Source: Fimbriimonadaceae bacterium (GTDB taxonomy: Bacteria; Armatimonadota; Fimbriimonadia; Fimbriimonadales; Fimbriimonadaceae). Taken from it: DNA of 33,429 bases. Shown piece by piece: positions 7,544-16,307 of the stretch. The notes below the pieces were generated by a model. It was given only the letters and a program-made list of their open reading frames with translations. It was not told the origin of the DNA and made no database searches. Position 1 is the first letter of the stretch. The number at the start of each line of letters is the position of its first letter. Made by a program: the position numbers and the translations under genes. The stretch lies in the NCBI GenBank assembly GCA_014380605.1, contig JACMJO010000074.1, positions 1 through 33,429 on the forward strand, read 5' to 3'.

Positions 7544-10327
7544 CTATCGCACTACCAGCTCAACCAACCCGCGCGAATACTCCTTCACCGCGCCAGCGGA
7601 TTTCTGATAGATTCCGCCTGGCCCGCCCGTCGCGATCGACTCGCCGACCACAACCGTAGCAACATCACCCTTTGGAGCCGTTCGCCACTTCAACAAAATC
7701 TTTAGGTTGCTCTTTGTCGAGAATAACTCCGAGACATCGACCTTAAATCCAGAAGGATCCAAACTTGCAAGAAGCGAAGACTTCCTTGACAGCAGTGCCT
7801 CCTGCAAATCGAAAGCCTGCCAGTAGTATCCGCTGAGTGTTTTGTAGGCCGGGTAAGTTAGCCGGGCATGCACATCCTTTTGGAAGTAATCAGTCCAAGC
7901 CGTTTTCTCCTGTTCCTCAAGGTAAATCTTTGCCCCCATCTTTAGAGCATCCTTAAATATGCCTTCTGCCACGTTCTTCCATTTATAGTTGTAGCCTTTG
8001 CCAAGCTGCTTGAACTTGTCGTTGACCAAGTCCGCTTTTGATCTAAGGTCGGCAATGCTGACACCGGGCGCATTAAGACCTGGCAAGTGCTTGAACCTCC
8101 AGGGAAGTTCCCACTTCTCGAACGCCTTAGCGCCAATGTGTTTGTTCAATATCTCGTCTTTACCGTATTTGAAGAATGTGTCCTTGATCCACCGCTTACC
8201 GCCTGCTGCCGTAAGTTCGTCGAACGTTAACGAATCTTTCAGACTGATATCGCAATCCCTCTTGACGCTCTCCTCAATCGATCCTTCATCTACATCCGGC
8301 TTCGTCTTTGCTTTAAGCGGCGACCAGTCATACTCGAAAGCCGCCGCCTCGGCTACCTTCTTTAGGGTTTCTGCAATCATTCCAACGATCCCGCCCTGCG
8401 AGCCGCCCTTGTAAACAACGTCGTACAGACTGAACAACAGGTCGATCCCAAACTTCATAAAAGCCTGCCGTTTCAGCAAGGTTGCTACGACTCCGAGCGC
8501 ATCTGAGGCTTCGTGGCTGGCATCGATGAACCGTTTCTTTGCTTCTAACCTCTGTCGCTCCAAGTCCGGTAGAACTTTGTCAAGTTCGATTAGCCGGCCA
8601 TTTATCTCATCCAGCTCTTTGAACGAAGAGGATGAGGTCGCACGGAATACTTCCTTACCATCCGATTGAACGCTAATTTCGGCAAGATCAAAATCCAAAC
8701 CCTGGACGGTTTGGGCGATCGCCAGCAACTGTTTATCCAGAGATATTCGATTCTCAAGGCCGGTTTGCATTCGTGACTCAGCCGCAACTATTTGGTGGAG
8801 AACGTCTGCTCGCATTCGTTGCAGTTCGAGGTCCTTGGCCCGTATTGATTGAAGGTTCTTCCCGATCTGGCGGTAGTACTTTGCAACTTCCCCCTTGCCC
8901 AGCTTCTCCCCAATCCGATCCTCGATCGCATTCAGAGCGAGAAGTTTGTTGGCAAGCCTCCTTTCGAGTAATTCGGTAGCACGACCGCCTCGACGACGGA
9001 CGAGAATCTGAGATTGGAGATCGGCTACCTCTTTTGCCGTCGCTTCACGATTGCTGACGAGCCCTTTCACGTCGGCGCCATTGGTAAGCTCTTTGGTACC
9101 TTCAAGCGTCGAGATGATCCCACTTGTGTTTCGGAGAAGTGTCTGGATGGCCGAAGCGGGTGCAACGAGACGCAAGTCGGCATCTATTGCCAATTTGGAT
9201 TGCCTTTCCGCCTCCTCGAGCTCACCGTCTACCGCCTCGCGCTTCGTGCTTAGAGCAGTCGCTTGAGCCTTCAACCGCTTGAGTGCCCTGTCGATCAAAT
9301 CGCGAAAGGTTACGGAAAGTTTGCCTATCTTTACTTGCGTGCCTGGCTCGACTTCAGGCAACGGCATGTTCAATGGAAGCATAAATCCGAGCATCTGGGG
9401 CTCGTCCTTAGTGACCTGCACGTCTGGATACGGCCGCGTTTTACAGAAGTCGTACGACCAGAATCCAGAAGCGGAAGTCCTAAACCCCAAACGCTCCTTC
9501 TGGCCCGGATAAGTCTCAGGACCATAAAACGTAGCGCCATACCACACGATGTCGAATCTCTCTTTGATGAATGCCGCGTTTCTTAGGTACAGCTCGTTTC
9601 CCTGTTTAACCCCCAGATTAAGATCCTGCTTCAATGCGACGAGCTTCTCACCTATGGCGTGCCTCTTTGCAACCACCCATTTTCCGACTCCGCGCATCAG
9701 GTCGACCATGGCATCGAAGTCTTTCTTCGCGTCCGCAATGGTCTCGTCGTCGATCTCTTTGAATTTAGCCGCCAACTGTGCGTCGGATTGTCCGGTCGAG
9801 CGCAAGGCATCCTTTGCCTTGCGCGCCCTGCCCCAGCGCTCGCCATGCTTATGATCCGTTTCCCTACCCAGATAGTCGATGTATAGGCTTGGTGCCCGCT
9901 CTACAACCGCCCACTGGCTCTGCAGGCTGTAACCGAAGACACCGACCACTGTGTTGATGAACTGGACTTCGTCCATTGTTTTTGACTGGTAGCCGGCAGC
10001 GGCTTTCGTCAACACTAGCTCGTTTTCCGCGAACGCGAGGGCGATGTGTTTGTCGCCTGATGGAGTGCCGATGGTGAAGACCTTAGCGACGTCCTTCTCG
10101 GTTACTCGCGAAATGCTTCCATCCGGCTGGTAGTACGTGGGCAGATTTACTGTCCGTTTCTCCCAATCTCTCTGATCCTGAACGAGTTCACGGCGCGCGT
10201 CGCGAAGATATGCGATGGCTCGATCGTAGAATTTGGGCAGCTCCCTTGGCTTGGTCTGACCAGCTAACGCCAAGGACCCAGGAGGACTTGGTTGGCCGAC
10301 AAATACGAGTATCAAGGAAAGTAGCAC
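7544..10327 (-). CDS. hypothetical large secreted(?) protein with a long central coiled-coil region
   Basis: 927-aa uninterrupted ORF with a GTG start and a short hydrophobic N-terminus (MLLSLILVFVGQPSPPGSLALAG). Residues ~340-620 are heptad-like and Glu/Lys/Arg/Leu-rich (RALKRLKAQATALSTKREAVDGELEEAERQ; LELQRMRADVLHQIVAAESRMQTGLENRISLDKQLLAIAQ; LIELDKVLPDLERQRLEAKKRF). No catalytic motif recognised. GC is about 50% in the 60-nt lines I counted, against ~57-65% in neighbouring genes. Confidence 0.7.
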   Translation of the reverse strand: MLLSLILVFVGQPSPPGSLALAGQTKPRELPKFYDRAIAYLRDARRELVQDQRDWEKRTVNLPTYYQPDGSISRVTEKDVAKVFTIGTPSGDKHIALAFAENELVLTKAAAGYQSKTMDEVQFINTVVGVFGYSLQSQWAVVERAPSLYIDYLGRETDHKHGERWGRARKAKDALRSTGQSDAQLAAKFKEIDDETIADAKKDFDAMVDLMRGVGKWVVAKRHAIGEKLVALKQDLNLGVKQGNELYLRNAAFIKERFDIVWYGATFYGPETYPGQKERLGFRTSASGFWSYDFCKTRPYPDVQVTKDEPQMLGFMLPLNMPLPEVEPGTQVKIGKLSVTFRDLIDRALKRLKAQATALSTKREAVDGELEEAERQSKLAIDADLRLVAPASAIQTLLRNTSGIISTLEGTKELTNGADVKGLVSNREATAKEVADLQSQILVRRRGGRATELLERRLANKLLALNAIEDRIGEKLGKGEVAKYYRQIGKNLQSIRAKDLELQRMRADVLHQIVAAESRMQTGLENRISLDKQLLAIAQTVQGLDFDLAEISVQSDGKEVFRATSSSSFKELDEINGRLIELDKVLPDLERQRLEAKKRFIDASHEASDALGVVATLLKRQAFMKFGIDLLFSLYDVVYKGGSQGGIVGMIAETLKKVAEAAAFEYDWSPLKAKTKPDVDEGSIEESVKRDCDISLKDSLTFDELTAAGGKRWIKDTFFKYGKDEILNKHIGAKAFEKWELPWRFKHLPGLNAPGVSIADLRSKADLVNDKFKQLGKGYNYKWKNVAEGIFKDALKMGAKIYLEEQEKTAWTDYFQKDVHARLTYPAYKTLSGYYWQAFDLQEALLSRKSSLLASLDPSGFKVDVSELFSTKSNLKILLKWRTAPKGDVATVVVGESIATGGPGGIYQKSAGAVKEYSRGLVELVVR

Positions 10328-10383
10328 GGCTCAAATCCTATCATGCTCGCTACGATATTGCGATACCGGCAGCTACTTTCACC

Positions 10384-11991
10384 TCAGCTATCCACGTGCA
10401 AGGTCTTCTCGTGCGTGTAAGTTGCCGTTCCTTTCGCGGCGCCCTTGGGCTTCCTCACGTATTTCTTCAGCGTGTAGTCCACCGGCACATAGCCTGCATG
10501 CTTGCTGGGTGAGTTCTGCACCGCTATCTTCGCCGCAAACATCAAGGTCTCACGCTGCACCTTCTCGGGAAGATTCCGAGTCTGGATCACAACATGGGCT
10601 GAAGTCGAGCCGCGGATGTGCAGCCACCAGTCGTTCGGCTTGGCAACCCTCATTGTGAGGTAGTCGTTGCTCTCCGCGTTCTCCCCATATAACACCGCGT
10701 AACCACCCGGGCCCAATAACTCCCGCACCCGATGTCCTTCATAGGGCCGATCTTCCTTGTTCGCCTTGGGAGGAGGTGGCTTATTCAACCAGCGATGCGT
10801 CTTGGCCTCATCATGAAGCTCCTCGATCTCTCGCAGCCGGGTTGCCGCTTCCAGCTTCACCAGGAACGACAAGATGTCTTCCCGGTCCTTCGAGAGCCGA
10901 TCGAGTTGGTCCGCAACCGTCCCCAGCCTCGCCTTCGCCCGCTTGGCTTTGTCGAAGTACCGGTTCGCGTTCTCCTTGAAGTTCAACTCGGGATTCAGCT
11001 TGACTTGGATCGGGTTGCCTTCGTAGTCGTGCGCTTCCAATAGCGACGCCCCTTCCGCCAAAGAACCTCCATAAGCCAAGATCAGCTCCCCGAACAGCTG
11101 CTGCTTCCCTGCTCCTTGACCGGCCGAGACGGCTTGGTTTAGGTCCTTGATCGCCGTGTCCCGCGCCAATAACACCCGCTCGATCTGCGTCCGCAGACTG
11201 GCCCGCAACGACTCTGCCTTTGCCGCTGGGATGGCCTGATCGTAATGTTGCTCCAAAGCCACCGAGATGGACTTCCGAGCAACCCCGGCCAACCCCAACG
11301 CCGACACATCCAGCGGATAAGCCCCCGAGCCGGCCACCAAAACGGGAGAGTAAGAACCCGACAACACTGCCTGCTGCACCTTCCCCAAACCATCAACGCC
11401 AATCAAGGACAGCACAAACGGCGACGCCCCTTCCCTGCCCTTTAACTCATCAGCCGACGAAGCCGCCAGCAGAGAAGGCTTGATCTCAAATGGTGGCGGC
11501 TCATACTTTTGGCCCGCCTGGATGGGGCGCACGCTTTTGCTCTTCCCGATCCACTTTGCCGCCCCTATCACCCGCCGGCCGGAGTCCAGCAGCATCAGGT
11601 TGGAGTGCTTCCCCATCAGCTCCGCCACCAGCAGGAACTCGCCGTCCGGCCCCTCGAATTCGATCTCCAGCACCCGGTCGAACCGCACCTGCCGAATCCC
11701 CATCACCCGCGAAATCCCGATCCTCGCCCGCAGCGCGGTGAGGAGTTGCGGCGGCGAAGTCGGATTCCCCGGCTTCCGAGTCGAAAGATGCGCCCGCGCA
11801 AACTCGGGATGGCAGCTAATGAGCAGATGCCCCACCCCCGATCCGACATACAGCTCAAACACCACCTCCGTGTCGGATGGCTGGCTAATGCGCTGCACCT
11901 TCGCGCCCACAAACTCCTGCAGTTCATGGACCACCGAGGCCAGGGTCAAGCTGTCGAATGGGATTCTCAAGAGTTGGTTTGTACCCGCCAT
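10384..11991 (-). CDS. rqcH: RqcH / NFACT-family ribosome quality control protein (FbpA N-terminal + DUF814)
   Basis: The N-terminus IPFDSLTLASVVHELQEFVGAKVQRISQP...HPEFARAHLS matches the NFACT-N pattern. The middle is coiled-coil. C-terminal DUF814 signature: WWLHIRGSTSAHVVIQ. The ORF track extends to 12048; I prefer the ATG at 11991 (MAGTNQLLRIPFD) by comparison with typical RqcH N-termini. Confidence 0.8.
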   Translation of the reverse strand: MAGTNQLLRIPFDSLTLASVVHELQEFVGAKVQRISQPSDTEVVFELYVGSGVGHLLISCHPEFARAHLSTRKPGNPTSPPQLLTALRARIGISRVMGIRQVRFDRVLEIEFEGPDGEFLLVAELMGKHSNLMLLDSGRRVIGAAKWIGKSKSVRPIQAGQKYEPPPFEIKPSLLAASSADELKGREGASPFVLSLIGVDGLGKVQQAVLSGSYSPVLVAGSGAYPLDVSALGLAGVARKSISVALEQHYDQAIPAAKAESLRASLRTQIERVLLARDTAIKDLNQAVSAGQGAGKQQLFGELILAYGGSLAEGASLLEAHDYEGNPIQVKLNPELNFKENANRYFDKAKRAKARLGTVADQLDRLSKDREDILSFLVKLEAATRLREIEELHDEAKTHRWLNKPPPPKANKEDRPYEGHRVRELLGPGGYAVLYGENAESNDYLTMRVAKPNDWWLHIRGSTSAHVVIQTRNLPEKVQRETLMFAAKIAVQNSPSKHAGYVPVDYTLKKYVRKPKGAAKGTATYTHEKTLHVDS

Positions 11992-12125
11992 TGCGATGGC
12001 GAGATCGGGATTGACGCGGCGGACGTGAACGCGATCCTCAGTCCACAAACCTGAGACACCGCAATCGGCAGTCGCCTACCTGGAGCCCACTCCCAGAATT
12101 TGGACCCAACTCTCCAGAAGTATGG

Positions 12126-12156
12126 TTGACAAAAGGCCGTTTTAGCCCCCTACAAA
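12126..12156 (+). promoter_or_regulatory. candidate sigma70-type promoter (TTGACA-N19-TACAAA) for the GNAT/DUF4139 genes
   Basis: A perfect TTGACA at 12126-12131 and TACAAA at 12151-12156 lie in the divergent rqcH/GNAT gap. The 19-nt spacer is long, so this is weak. Confidence 0.2.
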
Positions 12157-12266
12157 TATGAGAGCTTACAATTCATAAAACGCGGCCCACAATCCATGTT
12201 ATTGCATCCATTGACGATGATTTCGATGATATGGATGACGCCGTCCTTCCCCGCCATAATCATCCC

Positions 12267-12752
12267 ATGCCCGACGCGCTCTTCGCCATAGAGCCCGCCC
12301 GAACCGCCGACGACCTCGCGGCGGTTGCCAACCTGTTTCGGGAGTATGAAGCGTCCATTCAGATCGACCTTTGTTTCCAGGACTTTGAAGCCGAGCTCGC
12401 CAGCCTGCCCGGCAAATACGCCCCGCCTCACGGTGAACTCCTCCTCGCTCGCGACGCCCAGGACAAACCGATCGGATGCGTCGCCCTTCGCCCCTCCGAC
12501 CGGGGATGCGAAATGAAGCGTCTGTATGTCTCTCCGCCCGGCCGCGGCATGGGTCTGGGCAAAGCCCTTATGAACGCGATCATCGACGAAGCCAAACGCA
12601 TCGGCTACCAAGAAATCTGCCTAGACACCCTCCCGACCATGGTCGAAGCGATCTCGCTTTACCAAAAGAACGGTTTCGAAGCCACCGATCCCTACTACGA
12701 CACTCCCATCGACGGCACGATTTTCATGCGCCGCGTATTGTCCACAACGTAG
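12267..12752 (+). CDS. GNAT family N-acetyltransferase
   Basis: The acetyl-CoA binding core is CVALRPSDRGCEMKRLYVSPPGRGMGLGKALMNAIIDEAKRIGYQEICLDT...SLYQKNGF. The ORF track starts at 12231; the ATG at 12267 (MPDALFAIEPART) fits usual GNAT N-termini better. Confidence 0.85.
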   Translation: MPDALFAIEPARTADDLAAVANLFREYEASIQIDLCFQDFEAELASLPGKYAPPHGELLLARDAQDKPIGCVALRPSDRGCEMKRLYVSPPGRGMGLGKALMNAIIDEAKRIGYQEICLDTLPTMVEAISLYQKNGFEATDPYYDTPIDGTIFMRRVLSTT

Positions 12753-12785
12753 CCGCGAATCCTCTGCCGCTTCTGAACGTCCCCT

Positions 12786-14450
12786 TTGCTGAGGGATAAA
12801 CAAGTTACCCAAGGATTTGCGTTTTTGCTCGCGGTGGTTGGCCAAAGCCCCGTCGTTCCCGTGGAATCGAAGGTGGTGGAGGCCGCCATCTTCAAAACCG
12901 GCCAATGCCTGGTGGTAAGAGAGGTATCTCTCAAGAAAGGCAACCACCGCTACCGGCTCGATGTTCTGCCCGATGCGTTTGACGGCACGGTTTGGTACTC
13001 CACGCCCAAGAACGCCCAGATATCGGCCCTGGAGACCAAGATCGATCTGAAGTCGGTCAAGAAACAGTCTCCTGCCCTCACCCCGCTGGAGCGACTGATC
13101 GGCAACATCAACCAGACCGTCACCATGCGGACGAAGTCCAAGGCGGTGATAACGGGCCGCCTCCTCTCCGTCTCCGATCCTCAAAAACCGGTGGTGGCAA
13201 TCGAGTCGAAGGGCGGCGAAACCTCGTTCATCGCGGTGGAAGAGATCGCCTCTATCTCTGGGCCAGGGATGAAGGAGACCTTGGAGACGACCCAGCGATC
13301 CTACACTGTCGCTATCGAGTTCCAGGCAATCGCGAATGCCCCGGTGAAGGCGCGGATTATTACTCTGGAATATGGAGCCGTCTGGGCCAGCAACTATCTG
13401 TTGGATCTGACCTCGCCAGGTCAAGGCGAACTTACGGGTAAAGCCCAGGTAGCGGCGGGCTCGCTTGCGCTGAATCGGGCCAAGGTGAAGGTGCTCTCTG
13501 GTGCGCCAAACATGCTATCTACGTCCAAGTTTGACCTTGCCGCGGGATACGGTAGCGCGATGTCCTACGTTTTTGGCAATCAAGGAAGCTACGAGCAGTT
13601 TCGAACTTCTCCTGCCGACCCATTCGCCTTGCTCCCCAGATACGTTCCGCCAGTAGGCCGGTATGCGGCTCAAGACGGACTGTTTCGGGGAGGTCGGCAA
13701 ACCAACCTTCAGGGTGGAACGGGTGCAGTTTTGGCCTCTACCGACTTTATCAGCTACGACCCAACCGACAACAGCATCGTTGTCGCTGATCCCATCCGTG
13801 ACTACCGCCAAAGCTACGGCACAGAGAAGCCGCCAACCCCGGATCGAATGGAGTCCATCTATGCCTACTCCCTCGGCGAACTCACTCTCGCCCGTGGCGC
13901 TCGTCTCACCAAGGCCCTCTTCCAGCAATCGACCACCGTTGAGTCGCTCATCAAGTGGGAGGCGATGTGGTCGGAGGCTGACGTCGTCACCAGCGTGCTT
14001 AGGGTGAAGAACACTGGCCTCCAACCCTGGACCAACGGCCCAGTTTTCATCGTTCGTGAAAACGTTCCGCTCTCGCAAGTCGAGATGCCGTTCACGAGTC
14101 CGGGCAAGACTGCGGACCTCTCGACCGGAAAGGTCCAGGATGTCATCGTCCAGCGCCTGGAACGGGAAGTTTCCCGAGATGTAATCAACGATCCTCGGAG
14201 CGCGAACGCCAAGGTCAGCCAGTTGGTTTCTGAATTCCGTTTCTCCTTAGAGAACGGCAGGGCCGAAACTACCACCGCAGAACTCGTCGCCCGGGTTCCT
14301 GGAGACATTCTTGAATCTGCCGACGCCGTGATTGAAAAACTTCCCCTCTTGCAAAGCGTCTACAACCGCTTCAACGAGGTCAAATGGCGGGTAACCCTCC
14401 AACCCGGGGAGAAGAAGGAACTGGTCCTCAAAGCCAGAAGGATCGACTAA
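12786..14450 (+). CDS. DUF4139-like secreted protein (DUF4140/DUF4139 architecture), function unknown
   Basis: 554 aa with a TTG start and a hydrophobic N-terminus (GFAFLLAVVGQSPVV). The N-terminal segment VVEAAIFKTGQCLVVREVSLKKGNHRYRLDVLPDAFDGTVW resembles DUF4140. The C-terminal segments LRVKNTGLQPWTNGPVFIVRENVPLSQ ... WRVTLQPGEKKELVLKARR resemble the DUF4139 pattern. Recognised by eye only. Confidence 0.5.
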   Translation: MLRDKQVTQGFAFLLAVVGQSPVVPVESKVVEAAIFKTGQCLVVREVSLKKGNHRYRLDVLPDAFDGTVWYSTPKNAQISALETKIDLKSVKKQSPALTPLERLIGNINQTVTMRTKSKAVITGRLLSVSDPQKPVVAIESKGGETSFIAVEEIASISGPGMKETLETTQRSYTVAIEFQAIANAPVKARIITLEYGAVWASNYLLDLTSPGQGELTGKAQVAAGSLALNRAKVKVLSGAPNMLSTSKFDLAAGYGSAMSYVFGNQGSYEQFRTSPADPFALLPRYVPPVGRYAAQDGLFRGGRQTNLQGGTGAVLASTDFISYDPTDNSIVVADPIRDYRQSYGTEKPPTPDRMESIYAYSLGELTLARGARLTKALFQQSTTVESLIKWEAMWSEADVVTSVLRVKNTGLQPWTNGPVFIVRENVPLSQVEMPFTSPGKTADLSTGKVQDVIVQRLEREVSRDVINDPRSANAKVSQLVSEFRFSLENGRAETTTAELVARVPGDILESADAVIEKLPLLQSVYNRFNEVKWRVTLQPGEKKELVLKARRID

Positions 14451-14462
14451 GATCGAAGCAAT

Positions 14463-14527
14463 CCGTAGCCGCAGGTCTTTAGCCTGCGCGTCCAGCAGTG
14501 GCGCAGGCTAAAGACCAGCGGCTACGG
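14463..14527. terminator. long near-perfect hairpin (27-bp stem, 11-nt loop) between convergent genes; probable bidirectional terminator
   Basis: The left arm CCGTAGCCGCAGGTCTTTAGCCTGCGC (14463-14489) pairs with the right arm GCGCAGGCTAAAGACCAGCGGCTACGG (14501-14527) with one mismatch. TTT follows on the + strand. It exactly fills the gap between the DUF4139-like stop (14450) and the pepF stop (14529). Confidence 0.6.
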
Positions 14528-14528
14528 T

Positions 14529-16298
14529 TTAGTTCGTCAACGCCTCAAACCTCTCTACATCCGCCCCGATTTGCGCGAGGCTGGCGGCCCAGAACTCCTC
14601 GCTACGCAAATCGATTCCAAATCCTTCCGCGAGAGTCGGCGCGTTTGCGATTCCGGTTGAGGAAAGCAGCTCGTCGTAGCGATCCCTAAACGGCTCGGGA
14701 TCGCTCTGATAGACCGAGTAGAGCCCCAGGCCAAACAGGAGCCCGAACATGTACGGGAAGTTGTAGAAAGAGTAAGTTGAGTAATAGTGTGGCTTAACCG
14801 CCCACATATACGGATGCAACTGGTCTTCGTCCAGCCCGTCCCCATAGGTCTGCTTCTGGGCATCCAGCATCAACAGGCTGAACTCCGCCGCGGATAGCTC
14901 CCTCATCAGCCGCTTGTCGAAAACCGCGCGTTCGAAAAGGTATCGGCTGGTGATGTCCACCACCACTTGGCATTGACCCTGCAAGGAAGCTTCCAAGATC
15001 GCCAACTGATCCTCCGGCCCGACTGATTCCAGGGCCGCTTCCTTCACGATGGTCTCGCAGAAAATGCTTGCCGTCTCCGCCAGAGTCATCGGCGTGTCCT
15101 GATTGATGAGGGTTCGACGGGACAAGCACTGGTCGTGGTAGGCATGGCCAAGCTCGTGGGCCAGGGTGCTGACCGATCCGTAGGAGGGATCGTAATTCAT
15201 GAGGATTCGGCTCTCGCCGTTGCGAAGCGGAGTGCAATAGGCGCCATCCACCTTCCCGCCCCGAGCCTCGGCGTCGATCCAATTCTCGCGAAAAGTCTTG
15301 TTTGCGAAGTCCCCCATCTTTTGGCTATAGCGGCCAAAATTCTCGGCGACGAAGGCCGATCCTTCCGAATACTCCCAGCTCTTACTTCCCTTCCCGACTG
15401 GCGCAAAAAGGTCGAAAAAGGCAAGCTTAGGCAAGCCCAGAACCTTCGCCTTGGCTTTGAGGTAGCGCCGGAACATTGGGAACGACTTCAACGCCGCCGC
15501 CATCATCACGTCTAGTGTTGCCTGATCGATGCTTGCGTTGAACAAGGCCTCTGCGAGCGGCGATCCCCAGTTCCGTGATCGGCTGAGCGTGTTGACCTCG
15601 CCCTTGATTCCGTTCAGACAAGCGCTGATCGAGACTTCGTTCTTCTTCCACGCCTCCAGTTCAGCCTCATACGCTCGCTGTCGAATGTCCCGATCGGCCT
15701 CATACGCCAAGTTGCGTACCGCAGGCATCGGCATCGACTTTCCACCGACCTCAACCTGGATTTGGCTCGTGAGATTGCTGTGAAGTCGTGACCAAGCCAC
15801 CGATCCGCTGAGGGCCAAGTCGCTGACGAGTGACTCCAGACGAGGGTCCATCAGATGCCTCGCCCGAACTTGCTCCTTCCTAAGGGCAAATTGGTGCTCT
15901 GCCACCGTACGATTGGCTTTCGCCGCCCCATCGAGATCGAATCCCGCGACCCAGAGGGCAAACCGAGTCTGAAGTTTCTGTAGCCTAACCGTCAGATTGT
16001 CGAACTCGCTCAGCGCCGCCGCAGAGGCGTCGTCCTTGGAGTCGGTCGTTACCAGGCACTCGAGGTAACTGCTGATCAGCCTCGACTGATCGAGGAGACT
16101 ATTCAGGCTGTCAATTGCGACCGCTAAAACTGAAGCCGAAGAAGGTCCGCCGCTCGTGATCGACTCGCTATCCCAATAAGCTTCATTCTCGATGATTGTT
16201 CGCTCAAGTTTCTTGGCCGCATCGCGAAACTCGGTTGATCGGACATTGGGAAAGAAGGGCGACAAATCCCATCGAGGAGCTGCACCTGCAACTGACAT
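14529..16298 (-). CDS. pepF: M3B-family oligoendopeptidase F
   Basis: 589 aa with the zinc motif TLAHELGHAYHDQ (HExxH). Length and overall pattern fit the PepF/M3B family. Confidence 0.85.
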   Translation of the reverse strand: MSVAGAAPRWDLSPFFPNVRSTEFRDAAKKLERTIIENEAYWDSESITSGGPSSASVLAVAIDSLNSLLDQSRLISSYLECLVTTDSKDDASAAALSEFDNLTVRLQKLQTRFALWVAGFDLDGAAKANRTVAEHQFALRKEQVRARHLMDPRLESLVSDLALSGSVAWSRLHSNLTSQIQVEVGGKSMPMPAVRNLAYEADRDIRQRAYEAELEAWKKNEVSISACLNGIKGEVNTLSRSRNWGSPLAEALFNASIDQATLDVMMAAALKSFPMFRRYLKAKAKVLGLPKLAFFDLFAPVGKGSKSWEYSEGSAFVAENFGRYSQKMGDFANKTFRENWIDAEARGGKVDGAYCTPLRNGESRILMNYDPSYGSVSTLAHELGHAYHDQCLSRRTLINQDTPMTLAETASIFCETIVKEAALESVGPEDQLAILEASLQGQCQVVVDITSRYLFERAVFDKRLMRELSAAEFSLLMLDAQKQTYGDGLDEDQLHPYMWAVKPHYYSTYSFYNFPYMFGLLFGLGLYSVYQSDPEPFRDRYDELLSSTGIANAPTLAEGFGIDLRSEEFWAASLAQIGADVERFEALTN

Positions 16299-16307
16299 AA
16301 CGTTATT

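Noticed and set aside
11220-12054. Several 66-182-aa + strand ORFs overlapping rqcH
   Set aside because: They are Pro/Arg/Ser-rich shadow frames of the most GC-rich gene in the window, and rqcH on the minus strand has clear family motifs.
12192-12239. Short phased motifs upstream of the GNAT gene: GATGA at 12216, 12225 and 12234 (9-nt period), and ATCCAT/ATGGAT repeats
   Set aside because: There are only three short copies. They are compatible with chance or with codon repetition in an alternative N-terminal extension, and nothing else supports them.
12267-12752. GNAT as the toxin of a GNAT/RHH toxin-antitoxin pair
   Set aside because: No small antitoxin-like ORF lies upstream or downstream. 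The sequence looks like a generic metabolic GNAT.
12621-13424. 267-aa minus-strand ORF spanning the GNAT 3' end and the DUF4139-like 5' region
   Set aside because: It crosses a gene boundary antisense to two better-supported genes. Its composition (Arg/Gly/His/Leu-rich) looks like a shadow frame.
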